DNA of 64,000 nt from the human T2T-CHM13v2.0 reference genome, Homo sapiens. Position 1 is the stretch's first letter, and the number at the start of each line of letters is the position of its first letter. The stretch lies in NCBI RefSeq assembly GCF_009914755.1, contig NC_060927.1. One strand, written 5' to 3'. The notes under the pieces are model-generated. The model was not told the origin of the DNA, made no database searches, and worked only from the letters and a program-made list of their open reading frames with translations. The translations under genes were made by a program, and so were the position numbers. Shown piece by piece: positions 59,780-64,000 of the stretch.

Positions 59780-60420
59780 TATAACGAGACCTCTTAATTC
59801 AATCATCTCTGCTTTGCCTCCTCGGACAGCCTCTTAACGGGCCTCTCTACATTTATTCTTACTTTTATTTGACCCGCTCTTCACAGAGCAGGGAAGACTG
59901 CATAAACAAAAACATAAATCCAGTCACACCACTTCTCTGTTCTTAACATCTTCCTTAACAGCTTCCATGCACTCTTAGGAAAAAGCTCCAACCCTTACAT
60001 TTTCTGTAAGGTTCAGAATAATGAAGCCTACTCTCCCCCAACCCAATCTACTTCAGCTACTCTGCTTTCTTTTCCAGTTCTCCCAGAGCTCTTCTCTACC
60101 ATCAGGTTTTTGCACCTGCTGTTCCCTTCTGTAGAATGTTTTTCCTTCCTTGTCTGCCTGGAAACTCCAATCCTTCACTTCTCAGCTTAAAAGTGACTTC
60201 CTCAGGAAAACTCTGCTTTTTATCAATCTTCCACTCCCCACACACCTCTGGCCCCTATCATTTGGTGATTCTTTCACCATACTTTATTTCATAGTTGCAA
60301 TGAAGTAATCGTTTAATATCTTTTTCCAACCCTATACTGCAAGTCCCATGAAGGTGTGATTGTGTCTTATCTACTGCTGTTTCCTTGGTGCCAAGTATAG
60401 GGCAGGAAATAAGGAATCAA
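59780..60420 (+). mobile_element. LINE-2 3' fragment
   Basis: TTTGCACCTGCTGTTCCC, GACTTCCTCAGGAAA and CCCATGAAGG motifs. Confidence 0.65.
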
Positions 60421-62262
60421 AAGGAATAGATTTTTATAATGGGCTCTTGCACAAGGTAATGAGAATTAGTCTATCTCATGCAAAATGATGACTCTATCAA
60501 CAACCCATGCTATAACACAAGTCATCTTGAGAGCCTAACAAATGAAGTAGCTGATGAAGCAATATTTTTCACAATCTTTTCATTCCCAAATACTCTAAAT
60601 CTTCAACTAGACTTCTAGGCTAGGGACATGTAGCTAGGTTCCTTGAAAATATTTATGGAATTCATTGTGGCAGTTAAGTTTCCTGGATAAAAATATACTG
60701 AGGACCTCAACCAAAGCCAAGCAACCTTCAAATTAATGAGTCATTATAAGAAATTGTCATCAAAAAGCCACCCAAGAAGAAGTAATAAGAAATTCAACCA
60801 GTGTTGTCTTGAATATAGTTCAGGCAATTCATTCTAGTTCAGATAAAACAAATGCTTGATGGATGGGATAAAGACAGGCAAAAAATAATAAGATTTTAGG
60901 AGCTGTTAAATGAGATTTCCCAAGATGATTATGACTTTGGAAAGTTTTAGTATCAAGAAATTCCTGATTAAGGTGGTTGTTTCAAAAATCTTTGGAAGCT
61001 AAGATTCATCTAAAATAGAATATAGCCATTTGAAATTTGGTACAGGTTTGTAAGCTACACAACATACTGATTCTTTTATCTGAGGTCATAGCCAATTCTT
61101 AAGTAAATTTCATGCAGGACATTAAGGTTTCTGTGGGCCAAAAAGCCTCATAATTTAAATATCTAATATGAGAACCTTTTTTTTAAAAAAACAGGATACT
61201 TATTTTCCAGAAACCTTCAACTTGATAAATAACAGAGAAAAGCAAAAATATGAATCAAAATAAATAATTTAACCTGATATTAAGAAACTTAATGAAAATA
61301 AGAAGCAAATTAACTTTATTTTCTATCCTCTCACCTATCAACCCAAGACTTTCAATAAGTAAAACTTAAAGGACGGTAATCCATTATCATCTCACTTGTG
61401 TTCTCTACATTACTCTTTTGGTGGTAGGGGTGGGGAACACGTGTATGCATGTGTACAGTGGTAGAAGGGGGGAAACTAACATTGTATGTGTCTGCTATGT
61501 CATGAGCCTACAAACAGTTAGATTCAGTCCTCACAACGAATCCATTCAAAGATACAACTCACAGTGGTGAAATGACTGGCCAGAGGTTAGCCAGCTAGCA
61601 CGTGGCAGAGGCAGGGATACCAAGAGTCCTTTCCATAACATCACACTGACTAAGTTTTCCTGGTTCTGTCGAAAATATTAATTGTTCATTTGGCATAATG
61701 TTTCTAGTTCTTTTCTATTATTTCATCCAAATGAATTTTCCTTCTCATTTACTATGAAAGATTTTGTTAGCCTTCACATCTTGCCCTACTGCTTATAAAC
61801 TAAGGAAAGGCAGGTTCCTCCACACAGAACAGCTCTCTCCTCTATCACTTTCTATATGAAACTTTCAATAAGACATATCGTGTTTATCTCAAGCCCACCA
61901 TAGCTGAGGAGGAATCGCTTGCTTTCCCCTATAATTCCCAGTGCCCAGCATTCTCACAACTAGGAGGTTCTTGAGAATCTCCTCATTTATACAATATGAA
62001 GTAAAAGCCAATTTAAACTTTTAAATGGTAACTTAATTCAATGCTGAATATCAAAATAATCAACTGTTAAAAATTTAAATGATTGTTTTGATATATTCTT
62101 GTACTAGCAACACTAATTAAACTTTCTCATCATGGTACCCCTATATAGCAGGGGGAAATGAACACATCCCACAGCAGCTAAAACACGTGAGAGAGTTCAT
62201 GCAGGTCTTGCATTTTATCTTAGAGATTCAGGTAAATTTTGGATTTTATTCTATTTGATAAT

Positions 62263-62920
62263 CTTTTGTTTTTAAACTTTTAAGTCTGGGGTACATGTGC
62301 AGGTTTGTTCCATAAGTAAGCTTGCGTCATGGGGGCTTGTTTTACAGATTATTTTATCATCCAGGTATTAAGCCTGGTATCCATTAGTTATTTTTCCTGA
62401 TCCTCTCCCACCTCCCACCCTCCCAAAAGCCCCAGTGTGTGTTGTTCCCCTCTATATGTCCATGTGTTTTCATAATTTAGCTCCTATTTATATGTGAAAA
62501 CATGCAGTATTTGGTTTTCTGTTCCTGCATTAATTAGTTTGCTAAAGATAAGGGCTTCCAGCTCCATCCATGTCCCTGCAAAGAACATCTCATTCTTTTT
62601 CATGGCTGCATAGTATTCCATGGTATACATGTCCAAAACTTTCTTTATCCAGTCTATCACTGATGGGCATTTAAGGTGATTCTAAGTCTTTGCTATTGAA
62701 TAGCGGTGCAATGAACATACACATGCTTATGTCTTTATGACAGAATAATTTATATTCCTTTGGGTATATATCCAGTAATAGGATTGCTGGGTTGAATGGT
62801 ATTTCTGTCTTTAGGTCTTTGAGGAATTGCCACACTGTCTTCCACAATGGCTGAACTGACTTACACTCCCACAAACAGTGTATACGGTTTCTTTTTCTCC
62901 ACAACCTCACCAGCATCTGA
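62263..62920 (-). mobile_element. 5'-truncated L1PA (about L1PA13-15) 3' end
   Basis: L1 3'UTR plus ORF2 C-terminal remnant ([16 protein letters not shown]). Confidence 0.9.
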
Positions 62921-63175
62921 ATAACCTTGTTTTTAATTTTCCCCCTTTACACCACATTTTCCTCCTAAACATTAGCAATTTAGAAATATCCCATGTTTAT
63001 TTCATGCTGTCTCAGCACTCCTCAGGTACTCCTGGGGATGTGAGATCTTATTCTTTGAAAATAATGGTAGTATGGTCTTTAACACAGCACTATGAAGTGG
63101 TAAACTGTGAATAATAATGTTTTAAATTGATATAAAACATTTCAATAATTTATAAATTTTAAAAATGTTATTATA

Positions 63176-63470
<295 letters not shown>

Positions 63471-63747
63471 GTTATTATAGCTCGTGTTCCAATCTTATAA
63501 AAATAAAAAAAATCAGCATTTCAGCAGTATTTCCTTTACTAAGGAAAGGGAAGTAACGTTTATGTACTTTTATTTTTGGAACTTTGAAACTGAACTCACC
63601 TTATTTGTCAAATTTATATATGTGCTATTAATTGTTCAGTCTTTCTGCTCTATTCCAATTTCAGAAAACAGGTACTTAAAAAAAGCATTTTATTTTTGTT
63701 GTTAGAAATTACAAACTGTAGGAACCATTGCAAAAGGTGAAAATTAC

Positions 63748-63885
63748 CTTGTTTATCTATAACAGAGTATGAGGCCAAAAATCCGCGTCCAGAAACATGG
63801 ATTCCACTCATGAACAGCAATGTGATTTCATTGCCTTTTGATTCAATTGAATGGTTCATTTGCAACCCCAGACCACAGTATTTGC
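63748..63885 (-). CDS. DCBLD2: DCBLD2 exon 3 (CUB domain second half); gene continues beyond the window
   Basis: cctAG / GTAATT; [46 protein letters not shown]. Confidence 0.96.
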
Positions 63886-64000
63886 CTAGGAATGAAAGAA
63901 AAGCAGATTATTTGGGATGACTCTCATGAAGTCAATAATATTTGCAATGTAGATAACAGAAGCAGAATAATATACCAAGCTGGCTGTTAAATTAGTATGG

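Noticed and set aside
60734-60746. Palindromic AP-1 site TAATGAGTCATTA
   Set aside because: A single short motif; an enhancer cannot be supported from sequence alone.

Overview
Primate, almost certainly human, genomic DNA with two convergent genes. The + strand carries the last four coding exons and 3'UTR of the sialyltransferase ST3GAL6 (2315-8038). The - strand carries 14 coding exons of the neuropilin-like receptor DCBLD2 (63885 down to the stop at 13654, 3'UTR to about 10270), encoding the end of the CUB domain, LCCL, F5/8 discoidin, stalk, transmembrane segment and YxxP tail. Introns are repeat-rich (Alu, L1, L2, MIR, MLT, MER). The most unusual object is a 5.2-kb TSD-bounded SVA cassette (48411-53593) inside the 5'UTR of an old full-length L1, which itself sits inside an older L1. 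The cassette appears to record three successive retrotranspositions: a twin-priming inversion that created a SINE-R-truncated SVA, a first 3' transduction with its own poly(A), then a combined 5' and 3' transduction carrying foreign Alu/L2/L1MA DNA. Also notable: a U6/L1 chimeric retrocopy whose L1 3' end and poly(A) are missing just upstream of a DCBLD2 branch point, a tandem exon duplication in the DCBLD2 stalk, a 134-bp direct duplication bracketing the transmembrane exon, and inverted Alus tightly flanking two LCCL exons. Repeat subfamily calls and exon numbers come from recalled consensus and gene structure, not from a search.
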